A stretch of DNA of 58,122 bases from Gammaproteobacteria bacterium. Lineage in GTDB: Bacteria > Pseudomonadota > Gammaproteobacteria > HK1. Location: contig JAKZYK010000057.1 of NCBI GenBank assembly GCA_047514485.1, positions 1 to 58,122 of the forward strand, in the 5' to 3' direction. Positions 18,957 through 35,200 of this stretch are shown here, piece after piece. The stretch's first letter is position 1. Every line of letters begins with the position of its first letter. Under the pieces are notes generated by a model, which saw only the letters and a program-made list of their open reading frames with translations, was not told the DNA's origin and did not search any database. The translations under genes were made by a program, and so were the position numbers.

Positions 18957-19063
18957 CTCGTCCGATCGAGAGTCGGCGACCACCGCGCCGGCATTTTGAA
19001 CTGCCGCTCGCGTACCGCGAGCTCAATACATTACTCGTACGGGCAGCACCGGAGGCACCTGAG

Positions 19064-20998
19064 ATGGGCAAGATCATCGGTATCGACCTGGGCACGACGA
19101 ACTCGTGCGTGGCGGTCATGGAAGGCGACTCGGCGAGAGTCCTCGAGAACAGCGAGGGCGATCGAACGACGCCGTCCGTCGTGGCGTTCACACAGGACGA
19201 CGAAGTGCTGGTGGGGCAGTCGGCAAAACGCCAGGCGGTGACCAACCCGACGAACACCCTGTTCGCGATCAAGCGGCTCATCGGCCGCCGGTTCAAGGAC
19301 GAAGTGGTCCAGCGCGACGCGGGCATGGTGCCGTACCGGATCGTCGGGGCGGACAACGGCGACGCGTGGATCGAGGCGAAAGACAAGCGCATGGCGCCGC
19401 CGGAGGTCTCCGCGCGGGTGCTGCAGAAGATGAAGAAGACGGCGGAGGACTACCTCAACGAGGAAGTGAAGGAGGCGGTCATCACCGTGCCGGCGTACTT
19501 CAACGACTCGCAGCGCCAGGCGACGAAGGATGCCGGAAGGATCGCGGGCCTCGATGTAAAGCGGATCATCAACGAGCCGACCGCAGCGGCGCTCGCATAC
19601 GGGATGGACAAGCGTCGCGGCGATTCGAAGATCGCGGTCTACGACCTCGGGGGAGGGACCTTCGACATCTCGATCATCGAGATCGCGGAGATCGACGGTG
19701 AGCACCAGTTCGAGGTGCTGTCGACGAACGGCGACACGTTCCTCGGCGGAGAGGACTTCGATCTGCGCATCATCGAGTACCTCTCCGACGAGTTCAAAAA
19801 GGAATCCGGGATCGACCTCCACAACGATCCGTTGGCCCTTCAGCGGCTCAAGGAGGCGGCCGAGAAGGCGAAGATCGAGCTGTCGTCGAGCCAGCAGACC
19901 GAGCTCAACCTGCCGTACATCACGGCGGACGCCAGCGGTCCGAAGCACCTGAACATGAAGCTCACGCGCGCGAAGCTGGAGTCCCTGGTCGAGGATCTGA
20001 TCGTGTGCACGATGGGGCCGTGCCGGGTGGCGATGAAGGACGCCGGCGTATCGGGTTCGGACATTTCCGACGTGATCCTGGTGGGCGGCCAGACGCGGAT
20101 GCCGAAGGTGGCGGAGATGGTGAAGTCGATCTTCGGCAAGGAGCCCCGCCGGGACTTGAATCCGGACGAGGCGGTAGCGGTCGGAGCGGCGATTCAGGCC
20201 GGCGTGCTGTCGGGCGACGTGAAGGATGTGCTGCTGCTCGACGTGACGCCGCTCTCGCTCGGCATCGAGACCCTCGGCGGGGTGCTGACGAAGCTCATCG
20301 ACAAGAACACGACGATCCCCACCAAGCATTCGCAGGTGTTCTCCACGGCGGAGGACGGCCAGCGCGCGGTGACCGTGCACGTGCTTCAGGGCGAGCGCGA
20401 GCGGTCGACGGACAACAAGTCGCTGGGCCGATTCGACCTGGCCGACATCCCACCTGCGCCGCGCGGCGTCCCGCAGGTCGAGGTGACCTTCGACATCGAC
20501 GCGAACGGAATCCTCAACGTCTCGGCCAAGGACAAGGCGACGGGCAAGGAGCAGTCGATCGTGATCCGGGCGTCGTCGGGGCTGTCGGACGGCGAGATCG
20601 AGCAGATGGTGAAGGACGCCGAGGCGCACGCGGACGAGGACCGCAAGTTCCGCGAGCTGGTGGACGTGAGAAACCAGGCGGACGGCCTGATCCACGCGAC
20701 AAACAAGTCGATGGGCGAGCTTGGCGAGCAGGTCGGCGAGCAAGAGAAGGGAGAGATCGAGGCGGCGGTCAAGGCGCTGGAATCCGCGATTGCCGGCGAC
20801 GACAAGGCCGACATCGAAGCGAAGATGCAGACTCTGACCGAACTCTCCGGAAAGCTTGCCGAACGCGCCTACCAGAAGTCGCAGGATGGAGGCGACGGTC
20901 CTGCCGCGGGCGGGGGCGCCGGTGCAGGCACGGGCGCCGCGGACGCGGACGACGTGGTGGACGCCGAGTTCGAGGAAGTTCGGGACGACGGCCGCTGA
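19064..20998 (+). CDS. dnaK: Chaperone DnaK
   Basis: [25 protein letters not shown]-terminal [10 protein letters not shown]. Confidence 0.99.
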   Translation: MGKIIGIDLGTTNSCVAVMEGDSARVLENSEGDRTTPSVVAFTQDDEVLVGQSAKRQAVTNPTNTLFAIKRLIGRRFKDEVVQRDAGMVPYRIVGADNGDAWIEAKDKRMAPPEVSARVLQKMKKTAEDYLNEEVKEAVITVPAYFNDSQRQATKDAGRIAGLDVKRIINEPTAAALAYGMDKRRGDSKIAVYDLGGGTFDISIIEIAEIDGEHQFEVLSTNGDTFLGGEDFDLRIIEYLSDEFKKESGIDLHNDPLALQRLKEAAEKAKIELSSSQQTELNLPYITADASGPKHLNMKLTRAKLESLVEDLIVCTMGPCRVAMKDAGVSGSDISDVILVGGQTRMPKVAEMVKSIFGKEPRRDLNPDEAVAVGAAIQAGVLSGDVKDVLLLDVTPLSLGIETLGGVLTKLIDKNTTIPTKHSQVFSTAEDGQRAVTVHVLQGERERSTDNKSLGRFDLADIPPAPRGVPQVEVTFDIDANGILNVSAKDKATGKEQSIVIRASSGLSDGEIEQMVKDAEAHADEDRKFRELVDVRNQADGLIHATNKSMGELGEQVGEQEKGEIEAAVKALESAIAGDDKADIEAKMQTLTELSGKLAERAYQKSQDGGDGPAAGGGAGAGTGAADADDVVDAEFEEVRDDGR

Positions 20999-21219
20999 GC
21001 GGATGCCGTCCCGCCGAACCGCCGCGCTTCAAGGCAGCACGCGAAAGCCTCCACCCGGCAGATTCGGTGAGCCGGGCCGGCTGACGCCGTTCGTCGGGTG
21101 CCGATGGATGACCGCTCCCGTGGATGGATGCACGGGAACGGGAAGGTACACTCGGTGCCGTGAGTGCAAGGCGTGAGCCGGCGCTTCGGTATCCGTTGGA
21201 CGGCGGGCAGCGGTGAGGC

Positions 21220-23171
<1,952 letters not shown>

Positions 23172-23178
23172 TGTCGGC

Positions 23179-24321
23179 ATGAGCGTCGAGGCGCTGCTCG
23201 CACTCGAAGACGGCAGCCTGTTCCGTGGACGTTCGATCGGTGTCCACGGCACTTCGACGGGCGAGGTCGTCTTCAACACCGCGATGACCGGTTACCAGGA
23301 GATTCTGACCGATCCCTCGTATTGCCGGCAGATCGTCGCGCTGACGTATCCCCACGTCGGAAACGTCGGGACCAACCCGGAGGACGACGAAAGTCGCGAG
23401 GTCTTCGCCAGCGGACTCGTGGTGCGCGACGTTCCGGTTCGGATGAGCAACTGGCGATCGCAGTCGTCGCTGACCGCCTGCCTCGAGCGCAACGGCGTCG
23501 TCGGGATCGCGGGCGTCGACACCCGCCGGCTGACACGGCTGCTGCGCGAGAAGGGCGCGCTGGCCGGCACTATCGTCGCAGGATCGGACATCGATGCAGA
23601 TGCGGCGGTTGCGCAGGCCCGTGCCTTTCCCGGGCTCGCGGGCATGGACCTCGCATGCGCGGTCAGCATCGGGCAGCCGTACGAATGGGCGGCCGGACCG
23701 TGGACGGGGGAGCGGGGGTTCAGCAGCCCCGATCCGGACACGCTGCCGTGGCGGGTCGTCGCGTACGACTTCGGCGTCAAGCGCAACATCCTGCGAACGC
23801 TCTCGTCCCGGGGTTGCCGGGTGGAGGTGGTGCCCGCACGAACGTCGGCCCGCGACGTGCTCACCCGGGCGCCGCATGGCGTGTTCCTCTCGAACGGTCC
23901 GGGCGATCCGGAGCCGTGCGGCTACGCCATCGAGTCGATCAAGCAGCTTCTGGACCGGAGCGTGCCTGTCTTCGGAATCTGTCTCGGCCATCAGCTCCTG
24001 GCGCTCGCCAGCGGCGCGCGGACGATGAAGATGAAGTTCGGCCATCACGGGGCGAACCATCCGGTGGTCCACCTCGAGTCCAGCCGAATCCTCATCACCA
24101 GCCAGAACCACGGGTTCGCGGTCGACGAATCGAGCCTTCCCGACAACCTCGTCGTCACTCATCGGTCATTGTTCGACGATACGATTCAGGGGCTGCGCCG
24201 CACCGACGTCCCGGCCTTCGGTTTCCAGGGTCATCCGGAAGCGAGCCCGGGCCCGCACGACCCCGTTCCTCTGTTCGACCGGTTCGTGGATCTGATGGCG
24301 GCTCGTCACATCGGGCACTGA
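23179..24321 (+). CDS. carA: Carbamoyl-phosphate synthase small subunit
   Basis: [40 protein letters not shown]. Confidence 0.98.
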   Translation: MSVEALLALEDGSLFRGRSIGVHGTSTGEVVFNTAMTGYQEILTDPSYCRQIVALTYPHVGNVGTNPEDDESREVFASGLVVRDVPVRMSNWRSQSSLTACLERNGVVGIAGVDTRRLTRLLREKGALAGTIVAGSDIDADAAVAQARAFPGLAGMDLACAVSIGQPYEWAAGPWTGERGFSSPDPDTLPWRVVAYDFGVKRNILRTLSSRGCRVEVVPARTSARDVLTRAPHGVFLSNGPGDPEPCGYAIESIKQLLDRSVPVFGICLGHQLLALASGARTMKMKFGHHGANHPVVHLESSRILITSQNHGFAVDESSLPDNLVVTHRSLFDDTIQGLRRTDVPAFGFQGHPEASPGPHDPVPLFDRFVDLMAARHIGH

Positions 24322-24412
24322 CCCGCGGTTGCATTCGTGTTCGGTCAGGGCCAGTGAATTCCCGCGTGTATGCAACTTCCGATAACGCAGGTCCGAGGTG
24401 GAGACCATAGCG

Positions 24413-27400
24413 GTGCCGAAGCGCGACGACATCGAGACGATCCTGATCATCGGAGCGGGACCAATCGTCATCGGGCAGGGGTGCGAGTTCGACTACTCCG
24501 GGGTGCAGGCGTGCAAGGCGCTGTCCGAAGAAGGGTTCCGGGTGGTGCTGGTGAACTCCAACCCGGCCACGATCATGACCGACCCGGGGCTCGCCGACGC
24601 CACGTACATCGAGCCGGTGCACTGGAAGGTCGTCGCCCGGATCATCGAGAAGGAACGTCCCGACGCGCTGCTGCCGACCATGGGCGGACAGACCGGGCTC
24701 AACTGCGCGCTGGACCTGGCGCGCGAGGGCGTGCTGGACGCGTTCGGGGTCGAGCTCATCGGTGCGAGCCGTGACGCCATCGACAAGGCCGAGGACCGCG
24801 AGCGGTTTCGCGCCGCGATGGCTCGGATCGGGCTCGAATGCCCGCGCGCCACGCTGGTCCGCAATCTCGACCAGGCGATGGCGGCTCAGGTAGACGTCGG
24901 CTTCCCCACGATCATCCGCCCCTCGTTCACACTCGGCGGGGCCGGCGGAGGCATCGCGTACAACCGCGAGGAATTCGTGGATATCTGCGAGCGCGGTCTC
25001 GAGGCGTCTCCGACCACCGAGGTGCTGATCGAGGAGTCGGTGCTCGGCTGGAAGGAGTTCGAGATGGAGGTCGTGCGCGACCGGCGCGACAACTGCATCA
25101 TCGTGTGCTCCATCGAGAACCTCGATCCGATGGGCGTCCATACCGGCGACTCGATCACCGTCGCACCCGCGCAGACCCTGACCGACAAGGAGTACCAGCG
25201 CATGCGCAACGCCTCGATCGCGGTGTTGCGCGAGATCGGCGTGGATACGGGCGGATCGAACGTGCAGTTCGCGGTCGACCCCGACGACGGGCGCATGGTG
25301 GTCATCGAGATGAACCCGCGGGTGTCCCGATCCTCGGCGCTCGCTTCGAAGGCGACGGGATTCCCCATCGCCCGGGTCGCAGCGAAGCTCGCGGTCGGCT
25401 ACACCCTCGACGAGCTCGACAACGAGATCACCGGCCGGGCGACGCCCGCATCGTTCGAGCCTGCAATCGACTATGTCGTCACCAAGATTCCTCGGTTCGA
25501 CTTCGAGAAGTTTCCGCAGGCCGATTCCCGGCTGACCACCCAGATGAAATCCGTCGGTGAAGCGATGGCGGTGGGCCGCACGTTTCAGGAATCGCTGCAA
25601 AAGGCGCTGCGCAGCCTCGAGACGGGACTCTCCGGGCTCGACGAGATCGTCGTACCCGGCGGCGACGCTCGCCGGACGCTCGAACGCATCCGCCGCGAGC
25701 TGAGGGATCCCGGCCCACAGCGGCTGCGATACCTCGCCGACGCGTTGCGCCACGGCCTGGACGCAGACGAGGTGCACCGCCTGTGCCGCGTGGACCCCTG
25801 GTTCATCGCCCAGATTGAGGATCTGGTACGCGAGGAGCGTATCCTCGCGACGCTCGACCCCGATCGGCCCGATCGGCCCGATGCGCTCCATCGGCTCGAC
25901 CTCGAATCGCTGCGCGGTCTCAAGCGCAAGGGCTTCTCCGACGCGCGCATCGCGGCACTGCTCGGTACCGACGAGCACGCGGTTCGGGCGCATCGCACCC
26001 GCCTCGGGTTGCACCCGGTCTACAAGCGGATCGATTCATGCGCGGCGGAGTTTCGCGCCGTCACCGCATACATGTACTCGACCTACGAGGAGGAGTGCGA
26101 AGCCGAGCCGACGGCCGAGCGGAAGATCATCGTGCTCGGGGGTGGGCCGAACCGCATCGGGCAGGGCATCGAGTTCGACTATTGCTGCGTGCAGGCCGCG
26201 ATCGCGATGCGCGAGGCCGGGTACGAGAGCATCATGGTCAACTGCAACCCGGAAACCGTGTCGACCGACTACGACACGTCCGATCGTCTCTACTTCGAGC
26301 CGCTTACCCTTGAGGACGTGCTCGAGATCATCCGCATCGAGCAGCCCGAGGGAGTGATCGTGCAGTACGGCGGGCAGACCCCGCTCAAGCTTGCGCGCGC
26401 CCTGGAGGCGCATGGCGTCCCCATCGTCGGGACCAGTCCGGACAGCATCGATCTGGCCGAAGATCGCGAACGATTCCAGCGGCTGCTCGAAGCATGCAAC
26501 CTGCGCCAGCCCGCCAACCGCACCGCACGCACCCCCGAGAGCGCGGTGGAGCACGCGGCCGAAATCGGCTATCCGATTGTCGTGCGCCCCTCCTACGTCC
26601 TTGGCGGGAGGGCGATGAAAATCGTCCATGACGAGGGCGACCTTGCGCGGTACATGCACAACGCCGTGGACGTGTCGCCCGAATCTCCGGTGCTGCTCGA
26701 CCGGTTCCTCGACGACGCGGTGGAGGTCGACGTCGATTGTGCGAGCGACGGGGAGGCGGTGTTCGTCGGCGGCATCATGGAACACATCGAGCAGGCGGGA
26801 ATCCACTCGGGGGATTCGGCCTGTTCGCTGCCCCCGATCGGGCTCGCCGAGGACGTTCAGGCGCGGCTCGGGGAGCAGACGCGGATCCTTGCGCGGGCGC
26901 TCGGCGTGGTCGGCCTGATGAACGTACAGTACGCGATCAAGGATGGAACGATCTTCGTCCTCGAGGTGAACCCGCGCGCGTCCCGCACCGTTCCGTTCGT
27001 CGCCAAGGCGACTGGCGTGCCCCTCGCGAAGATCGCCGCTCTGTGCATGGTCGGGCGCAAGCTTCGCGATTTCGGTCTCGATCGGGAACGGCGCCCCCGG
27101 CACTTCGCGGTCAAGGAGGCCGTCTTCCCCTTCGTCAAGTTCCCTGGCGTGGATCCGCTGCTCGGCCCGGAGATGATGTCGACCGGCGAGGTGATGGGGA
27201 TTGGGCCGACGTTCGGCGAGGCGTTCGCCAAGGCGCTCCTCGCCTCCGGCGACGAACTGCCGGCGGGCGGTACGATCTTCGTAAGCGTGCGCGACGGCGA
27301 CAAGCGCGATACGGTAGAGGTCTCGCGCAATCTCGAACGGCTCGGCTACGAGATTGTCGCCACGCGGGGCACGGCGAACGCGCTGGTTGCGGCCGGGGTG

Positions 27401-27667
27401 CGATGCCGGACGGTCAACAAGGTGCTGGAGGGCCGCCCGCACGTCGTCGACATGTTGAAGAACGGCGAGATTGCAATGATCGTGAACACTACCGAAGGCA
27501 GTCAGGCGATCGCGGACTCCTACGCGATCCGACGCACCGCGTTGCAGCGCCGGGTTCCGTATTTCACGACGGTGGCGGGGGCGCGGGCGCTCGTCGAGGC
27601 GATCCGGGCCCCAAGCACGCCGGCGGTGAGCTCGATGCAGGAGCTTCACGCGGAGGCGGTGTCATGA
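24413..27667 (+). CDS. carB: Carbamoyl-phosphate synthase large subunit
   Basis: GTG start PKRDDI; [36 protein letters not shown]. Confidence 0.98.
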   Translation: MPKRDDIETILIIGAGPIVIGQGCEFDYSGVQACKALSEEGFRVVLVNSNPATIMTDPGLADATYIEPVHWKVVARIIEKERPDALLPTMGGQTGLNCALDLAREGVLDAFGVELIGASRDAIDKAEDRERFRAAMARIGLECPRATLVRNLDQAMAAQVDVGFPTIIRPSFTLGGAGGGIAYNREEFVDICERGLEASPTTEVLIEESVLGWKEFEMEVVRDRRDNCIIVCSIENLDPMGVHTGDSITVAPAQTLTDKEYQRMRNASIAVLREIGVDTGGSNVQFAVDPDDGRMVVIEMNPRVSRSSALASKATGFPIARVAAKLAVGYTLDELDNEITGRATPASFEPAIDYVVTKIPRFDFEKFPQADSRLTTQMKSVGEAMAVGRTFQESLQKALRSLETGLSGLDEIVVPGGDARRTLERIRRELRDPGPQRLRYLADALRHGLDADEVHRLCRVDPWFIAQIEDLVREERILATLDPDRPDRPDALHRLDLESLRGLKRKGFSDARIAALLGTDEHAVRAHRTRLGLHPVYKRIDSCAAEFRAVTAYMYSTYEEECEAEPTAERKIIVLGGGPNRIGQGIEFDYCCVQAAIAMREAGYESIMVNCNPETVSTDYDTSDRLYFEPLTLEDVLEIIRIEQPEGVIVQYGGQTPLKLARALEAHGVPIVGTSPDSIDLAEDRERFQRLLEACNLRQPANRTARTPESAVEHAAEIGYPIVVRPSYVLGGRAMKIVHDEGDLARYMHNAVDVSPESPVLLDRFLDDAVEVDVDCASDGEAVFVGGIMEHIEQAGIHSGDSACSLPPIGLAEDVQARLGEQTRILARALGVVGLMNVQYAIKDGTIFVLEVNPRASRTVPFVAKATGVPLAKIAALCMVGRKLRDFGLDRERRPRHFAVKEAVFPFVKFPGVDPLLGPEMMSTGEVMGIGPTFGEAFAKALLASGDELPAGGTIFVSVRDGDKRDTVEVSRNLERLGYEIVATRGTANALVAAGVRCRTVNKVLEGRPHVVDMLKNGEIAMIVNTTEGSQAIADSYAIRRTALQRRVPYFTTVAGARALVEAIRAPSTPAVSSMQELHAEAVS

Positions 27668-28140
27668 ACCGGCGCCCGCTGACGAAGAACGGGGCCAGCA
27701 AGATCCGCGAGGAGCTGCAGGCGCTCAAGACCGTGTCGCGGCCGAAGATCATCCAGGCGATCGCGGAGGCCCGGGCGCATGGGGATCTCCGCGAGAACGC
27801 CGAGTACCACGCCGCGAAGGAGCAGCAGGGATTCACCGAGGGGCGGATCGCCGAGATCGAGGGGTGGCTCGGCACGGCGGAGATCATCGATCCGGGAGCC
27901 GTGGACGGCGGCGGGCGCGTGGTCTTCGGCGCGACGGTCGGGCTCGTGCATCTCTCGACCGATGCCGAGGTGCGGTACCAGATCGTCGGCGACGTGGAAG
28001 CCGATATCGGCAAGGGACTCATCTCGATCAGCTCGCCGCTCTCCCGCGCTCTCATCGGTAGGGAAGAAGGCGACGTCGTCACCGTCGTCGCACCGGACGG
28101 AGAGATCGATTACGAGATCCTCTCCGTCGAATATCGCTGA
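27664..28140 (+). CDS. greA: Transcription elongation factor GreA
   Basis: ATG overlaps carB stop; [28 protein letters not shown]. Confidence 0.96.
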   Translation: MNRRPLTKNGASKIREELQALKTVSRPKIIQAIAEARAHGDLRENAEYHAAKEQQGFTEGRIAEIEGWLGTAEIIDPGAVDGGGRVVFGATVGLVHLSTDAEVRYQIVGDVEADIGKGLISISSPLSRALIGREEGDVVTVVAPDGEIDYEILSVEYR

Positions 28141-28238
28141 TCGGATCACGTTTCGATCCACGAACAGAAGCGCGCGCGATCCAGACATGTGGGCGGTCCG
28201 GAGATGTGGGCCACGGCGTACGTCCCGGAGCTCTGGCC

Positions 28239-28925
28239 GTGGGGCGTAAGAGCGGAGCTTGGCGCCGCGAGCGCAGCAACGACGCGTTCTTCCACGAAGC
28301 CCGCCGACGCGGGCTGCGTTCACGGGCTGCGCTCAAGCTCGAGGCAATCGATGCGCGCGACCACCTGTTTCGTGACGCGCAAGTGGTCGTCGACCTCGGC
28401 GCCGCACCCGGCGGGTGGTCTCAGATCGCCCGCCGCGCGCTCGCACCCGGTGGCCGGGTCGTCGCCCTCGACATCGTAGAGATGGAGCCGCTCGCCGGGG
28501 TCGAGTTCATTCATGGCGATTTCCTCCGCGCAGAGGTGCTCGCCCGGGTCGAGACGAGTGTCGGCCGGCGAACAGTCGATCTTGTAATGTCGGACATGGC
28601 GCCCAATCTGAGCGGTATGAGAGTGAATGATCAGGCGCGCTGGCGCGATCTCGCGGAGTCCGCCGCGAGGTTCGCGGATATCGTGCTCAAGCGCGAAGGT
28701 GCCTTTCTCGTGAAGCTGTTTCAGGGCGAGGAGACGGAGTCGTATCTGCGGTTGCTGCGCGAACGATTCGCAAGCGTTGCGGTCAGAAAGCCGGCGGCAT
28801 CGAGAAAGCACTCGACCGAAACCTACGCCCTCGCGCGCGGCTCGAAAACAACCGCGCAGGAGGAGTGGATCCGGCGCGCCGGGGATGGCTCCTTCTACCG
28901 CGGACGCTGCGCGGGAGAGCACTGA
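28239..28925 (+). CDS. rlmE: 23S rRNA Um2552 methyltransferase (FtsJ)
   Basis: RSRAALKL, DLGAAPGGWSQ, SDMAPN, LVKLFQG, STETY (K-D-K-E tetrad). Confidence 0.95.
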   Translation: MGRKSGAWRRERSNDAFFHEARRRGLRSRAALKLEAIDARDHLFRDAQVVVDLGAAPGGWSQIARRALAPGGRVVALDIVEMEPLAGVEFIHGDFLRAEVLARVETSVGRRTVDLVMSDMAPNLSGMRVNDQARWRDLAESAARFADIVLKREGAFLVKLFQGEETESYLRLLRERFASVAVRKPAASRKHSTETYALARGSKTTAQEEWIRRAGDGSFYRGRCAGEH

Positions 28926-29163
28926 CAAGGCTGCGTAACAGACCGACAAACAGGCCGTGGATCGAGAGACGGCACTGCAACGAGGGAAGCGGCGTTTGTC
29001 CTTTTGTCCGCCGTGAGCCGTCGAAAGGCGGGAAATGGGGCAATGACCGGGGAGTGAGCGAGGCTGCAGGATCGTTTCACGCTGCGGCGCCAGACGGATG
29101 TCGAAGGCCCGAATGACGATATCTGAGCGAAATGATGCTGATCTGGTGCGTCCGATGACCCGT

Positions 29164-29191
29164 GCAGGGGCGACGCATGCGTTGCCCCTGC
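29164..29191. repeat. REP-like palindrome in the rlmE-ftsH spacer
   Basis: GCAGGGGCGACGCATGCGTTGCCCCTGC, near-perfect inverted repeat resembling GTAG-family REPs. Confidence 0.6.
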
Positions 29192-29467
29192 GGTCTCCCG
29201 CCCACGTGAATGGAGGTACGACCAGCGTGAAACGGTCCTGGCGAGGCTGCGAGACCGGCGGTTTCCATACGGACAGTTGAGGTATAGTGTCGAACTGACT
29301 CGACTCATGTGGACGTTCGGAATGTTACGGGCGAGAATCGGGATGGGAACAGTGTGCGGATTCAGTGAGTTACAATCAGGAGGGGGGAGATCTCGACCGT
29401 CTGCGCCGGTAGAGACGACCGGCCTCGGACACCGCGCGATCCACGCCCCTCACCGCAAGCACCGACA

Positions 29468-31405
<1,938 letters not shown>

Positions 31406-31587
31406 CCCACCGCACGGTAGCGTCCTGCCGCAACCGCCTTCCGCCTCCGCCGATGATATCGCGCGGTCCGGAGGGCGGCGCGTTCCCGGCGCCGGTGGCC
31501 CCGGATCGATGATGTGTTTCGCGCAAACGATGCCATGCGGTCGTGGTAGTACCCTGCGCTCCGGGTCGAGGAAGCAGTGGCGCGGTG

Positions 31588-32940
31588 ATGGCTGAGACCA
31601 GAAAGTACTTCGGCACCGATGGGATCCGCGGTGAGGTCGGCCGGCCCCCGATCACCGCGGATTTCTTCCTCAAGCTCGGCTGGGCGGCCGGTACAGTGCT
31701 GGCCGGAGGGCGGCGGGGGAAGATCGTTATCGGCAAGGACACGCGGATCTCCGGGTACATGTTCGAGTCCGTGCTCGAAGCCGGACTCACCGCGGCCGGC
31801 GTGGACGCCGTCCTGCTCGGACCGATGCCGACCCCCGCGGTCGCCTATCTGACCCGCACCCTGCGCGCCACGGCAGGAATCGTAATCAGTGCTTCCCACA
31901 ACCCCTATACCGACAACGGCATCAAGTTCTTCTCCGAAGACGGAGGCAAGCTGTCCGATGACGTCGAGCTCGCGATCGAAGCGGCGATCGACTCGACGAT
32001 GCAGACGGTGGGCTGTACCGATATCGGCCGGGCGGTCAGGATCGATGACGCGGCGGGCCGGTACATCGAGTTCTGCAAGAGCACGGTGCCGCCCGATCTG
32101 ACGCTCCAGGGACTCAGGATCGTCGTCGATTGCGCCCATGGTGCGACGTATCACATCGCACCGAGCGTCTTCTCGGAGCTCGGGGCCGAGGTCGTCCCGA
32201 TCGGATGCGCACCCAACGGGTTGAACATCAACGACGGCTTCGGCCCGTTGGCGCCGGGCGCGTTGTGCGAAGCCGTCCGGGAGCGCCGCGCGGATCTCGG
32301 CATTGCGTTCGACGGTGACGGCGATCGGGTGATGATGGTGGATGGAGGGGGAGAGCTCGTGGACGGCGACGAGCTTCTCTTCATTATTGCCGAGGCTCGC
32401 CATGCCGGCGGGCAACTCAACGGATCCGTGGTCGGCACCGTGATGACGAACCGTGGGCTCGAGGTAGCGCTGCGCTCGCGCGGGATCGGACTGCACCGCG
32501 CGAAGGTCGGCGATCGCCACGTGATCGAGCTGATGCGCGAGCATGGGTGCATGGTCGGCGGCGAGTCTTCGGGCCACCTCATCTGCCTCGATCGAGCCAC
32601 CACGGGGGATGGAATCGTCTCCGCTCTCCAGGTGCTCCACGCCCTTGTCCAATCCGGCCGCACGCTCTGCGAGGCAAAGCAGGGCATGTCGAAGTATCCG
32701 CAGACGCTTCGCAACGTCCGGATCGCGAAGCGGATCGATCTCGATTCGGATGCAGCTCTCCAGGATGCGGTCGCCGCGGTGGAGGCAGAACTCGGCAAGG
32801 ATGGACGGGTGTTGCTGCGGGTATCGGGAACTGAGCCGATCGTGCGCATCATGGTCGAGAGCACCTCGCACGCCGAGGTGGAGCGGCACGCCGACCGGCT
32901 CGCCGATGTCGTCTCCGCCGCCACGTTCATGGGACAGTGA
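31588..32940 (+). CDS. glmM: Phosphoglucosamine mutase
   Basis: [35 protein letters not shown]. Confidence 0.97.
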   Translation: MAETRKYFGTDGIRGEVGRPPITADFFLKLGWAAGTVLAGGRRGKIVIGKDTRISGYMFESVLEAGLTAAGVDAVLLGPMPTPAVAYLTRTLRATAGIVISASHNPYTDNGIKFFSEDGGKLSDDVELAIEAAIDSTMQTVGCTDIGRAVRIDDAAGRYIEFCKSTVPPDLTLQGLRIVVDCAHGATYHIAPSVFSELGAEVVPIGCAPNGLNINDGFGPLAPGALCEAVRERRADLGIAFDGDGDRVMMVDGGGELVDGDELLFIIAEARHAGGQLNGSVVGTVMTNRGLEVALRSRGIGLHRAKVGDRHVIELMREHGCMVGGESSGHLICLDRATTGDGIVSALQVLHALVQSGRTLCEAKQGMSKYPQTLRNVRIAKRIDLDSDAALQDAVAAVEAELGKDGRVLLRVSGTEPIVRIMVESTSHAEVERHADRLADVVSAATFMGQ

Positions 32941-33773
32941 ATCCCGGCAACGACACCCACCGGCACGTGTTCTTCGTGTCCGACAGTACCGGGATCACTG
33001 TCGAGACGCTCGGGAACGCCTTGCTCAGCCAGTTCGATCACGTGCAGTTCATCACCACCACGGTCCCGTTCGTTACCGATGCGGCGCAGGCGGCCGAGGT
33101 CGTCGCTCGAATCGACGCGCTCGTGAATGAAGAGCGCGATCCCCCGCTCGTGTTCAGCACCCTCGCCGATTCGGGACTGCGCGAGATCCTCTCGCACAGC
33201 AATGCCCTCGTCCTCGACATCTTCCAGGCGTTCATCGGGACCCTCGAGCAGGAGCTGCACGTCGGATCGAGCCATGCCCTCGGCCGCTTTCATGCCGTCA
33301 CCGACAACGCGTCCTATGAAGACCGGATCGGCGCCGTCGAGTTCGCACTCAACCACGACGACGGCGCCGGCACGCGAAGCTACGGCGATGCGGACGTCAT
33401 ACTGATCGGCGTGTCGCGCTCGGGCAAAACGCCGACCTGCGTCTATCTCGCGATGCAATTCGGCATCAGAACCGCAAATTATCCCTTGACCGACGAGGAG
33501 CTGTCATGTCCGACGCTTCCGCCGCATCTGCTCGAGAACCGCGCACGGTTGTTCGGGCTAACCATCGATCCGGGACGGTTGCGGAGGATTCGCTCCGAGC
33601 GGCGACCGGGCACCGCATACTCGTCACCGTCACGGTGCCGCACCGAGGTTCGTGAGGCGGAAGCGTTGTTCGAGCGTCACCGGATCCCGTGCCTCGATAC
33701 GAGTGCCGCATCGGTCGAGGAGATTGCCTCGCGCGTGCTGCTGCGCACAGGGCTGCGCCGGCACGCCTACTGA
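32937..33773 (+). CDS. ppsR: PEP synthase regulatory kinase/pyrophosphorylase (DUF299)
   Basis: [26 protein letters not shown]; GTGA overlap with glmM. Confidence 0.92.
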   Translation: MNPGNDTHRHVFFVSDSTGITVETLGNALLSQFDHVQFITTTVPFVTDAAQAAEVVARIDALVNEERDPPLVFSTLADSGLREILSHSNALVLDIFQAFIGTLEQELHVGSSHALGRFHAVTDNASYEDRIGAVEFALNHDDGAGTRSYGDADVILIGVSRSGKTPTCVYLAMQFGIRTANYPLTDEELSCPTLPPHLLENRARLFGLTIDPGRLRRIRSERRPGTAYSSPSRCRTEVREAEALFERHRIPCLDTSAASVEEIASRVLLRTGLRRHAY

Positions 33774-33792
33774 GCCGGTCCGCGGTCCGGAC

Positions 33793-35148
33793 ATGGATCG
33801 ACTCGACGCCGAGCCGTTCGGATCGAAGACCATCGCAGGGTTCGCGGCCCGGTTCCCTGCGAAGACTCGCTTCGTCGTCGCGTTCAGCGGAGGAGCGGAC
33901 TCGCTAGCGCTGCTCCATGCGTTTACGCAGACGCGGGCGCGTGGCTACGTTGCGCACTTGTGCGCTGTCCACGTCGATCACCACCTGCACGTGGACTCGG
34001 CGCGGTGGGCGCGTCACTGCAAGGAGATCTGCCTCCAGTTGGCCGTCAAGCTCACGGTGCTCGACGCTCACGTGAAGTCGAACGACACCGCGCCCGATAA
34101 CGAAGGAGCGGCGCGCGCCGCCCGTTACGAGGCGTTCGAGCACGTCCTCTCGTCACATGACGTTCTCTGCACTGCACACTCCGAAGACGACCATGTCGAA
34201 ACCGTTCTACTGAATCTGCTGCGCGGAGCCGGTCCCCGGGGCCTTTCGGGGATCCCGGACGAGCGGCGTCTCGGCGAGGGGATCGTCGCGCGGCCGGTGC
34301 GCGGCGTCTCTCGCGCGGTATTGCATGCATACGCACAAGAGACCGGACTCCCGCTGATCCACGATCCCGCGAACGGGGACCAGCGCTTTGCAAGAGTACT
34401 GTTGCGCCGGAAGGTGATTCCCGTTCTGGAAGCGCGGTGGCCCGGGATGCGGACGACGCTGGCGCGTGCGGCGGCGCTCGGCCGGGAGTCTGCCGAACTG
34501 CTCGATGCGCTCGCGGCAATCGATCTCGATCCGGCCGGCGGCATCCGTGGCGCGACGCTCGATGCCGCGGCGGTCGCGGCCCTCGCTCCGGCGCGACGGC
34601 GCAATGCCATCGCCAGTTGGCTGCGGGCGTGGGGGATCGCATCTCCCGGCGCGCGCCGGATCGAGCAGATCGCCCGCGATGTCATCGAGGCAAGGCCGGA
34701 TGCAATGCCGTGCGTGAGGCTCGGAGATATCGAAGTCCGGCGCTTTCAAGGACGCGTTCAGTTGGTGCCGCGGGAGCGCCCCGTGATCGCGCAAGCCGCG
34801 TACCGGTGGCGGGTTCCGGAAACCCTCGCATTCGACCACGGCTGCCTCGCATGGGAGCCTTGCCCCGGCGGCGGGCTCCACGATACGGTGCGGGACGCGG
34901 AGACAGTCGTGCGATTCCGTGGCGAAGACGCGGCATGGATGCGGCCATTGCGTGTACGAGGGCATTCACTCCGGAAGCGTTTTCAAACGCTGGGAATTCC
35001 TCCGTGGGAGCGTGGACGCACCCCACTCGTGTATGTCGATGGTGTACTGGCGGCAATCGGCTCGGTGTGGATCAACCCGCGGCTCACGACCGCACCGGGA
35101 ACTCCGGGGTGGCGCGTAGTGTGGACCCCTCGTTTCGTGGCCCGGTGA
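33793..35148 (+). CDS. tilS: tRNA(Ile)-lysidine synthetase
   Basis: AFSGGADS, ARAARY, TAHSEDDHVET...LRGAG, IPPWER C-domain. Confidence 0.93.
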   Translation: MDRLDAEPFGSKTIAGFAARFPAKTRFVVAFSGGADSLALLHAFTQTRARGYVAHLCAVHVDHHLHVDSARWARHCKEICLQLAVKLTVLDAHVKSNDTAPDNEGAARAARYEAFEHVLSSHDVLCTAHSEDDHVETVLLNLLRGAGPRGLSGIPDERRLGEGIVARPVRGVSRAVLHAYAQETGLPLIHDPANGDQRFARVLLRRKVIPVLEARWPGMRTTLARAAALGRESAELLDALAAIDLDPAGGIRGATLDAAAVAALAPARRRNAIASWLRAWGIASPGARRIEQIARDVIEARPDAMPCVRLGDIEVRRFQGRVQLVPRERPVIAQAAYRWRVPETLAFDHGCLAWEPCPGGGLHDTVRDAETVVRFRGEDAAWMRPLRVRGHSLRKRFQTLGIPPWERGRTPLVYVDGVLAAIGSVWINPRLTTAPGTPGWRVVWTPRFVAR

Positions 35149-35200
35149 GAATTGCAGGCTTAGAATCACGCTGCGGCAAATCAATTGGAACGCCCAGGCC

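Noticed and set aside
21145-21170. CIRCE-like CACTC-N8-GAGTGC before dnaJ
   Set aside because: Spacer is 8 rather than 9 nt and the outer bases mismatch; better explained as one hairpin of the spacer RNA.
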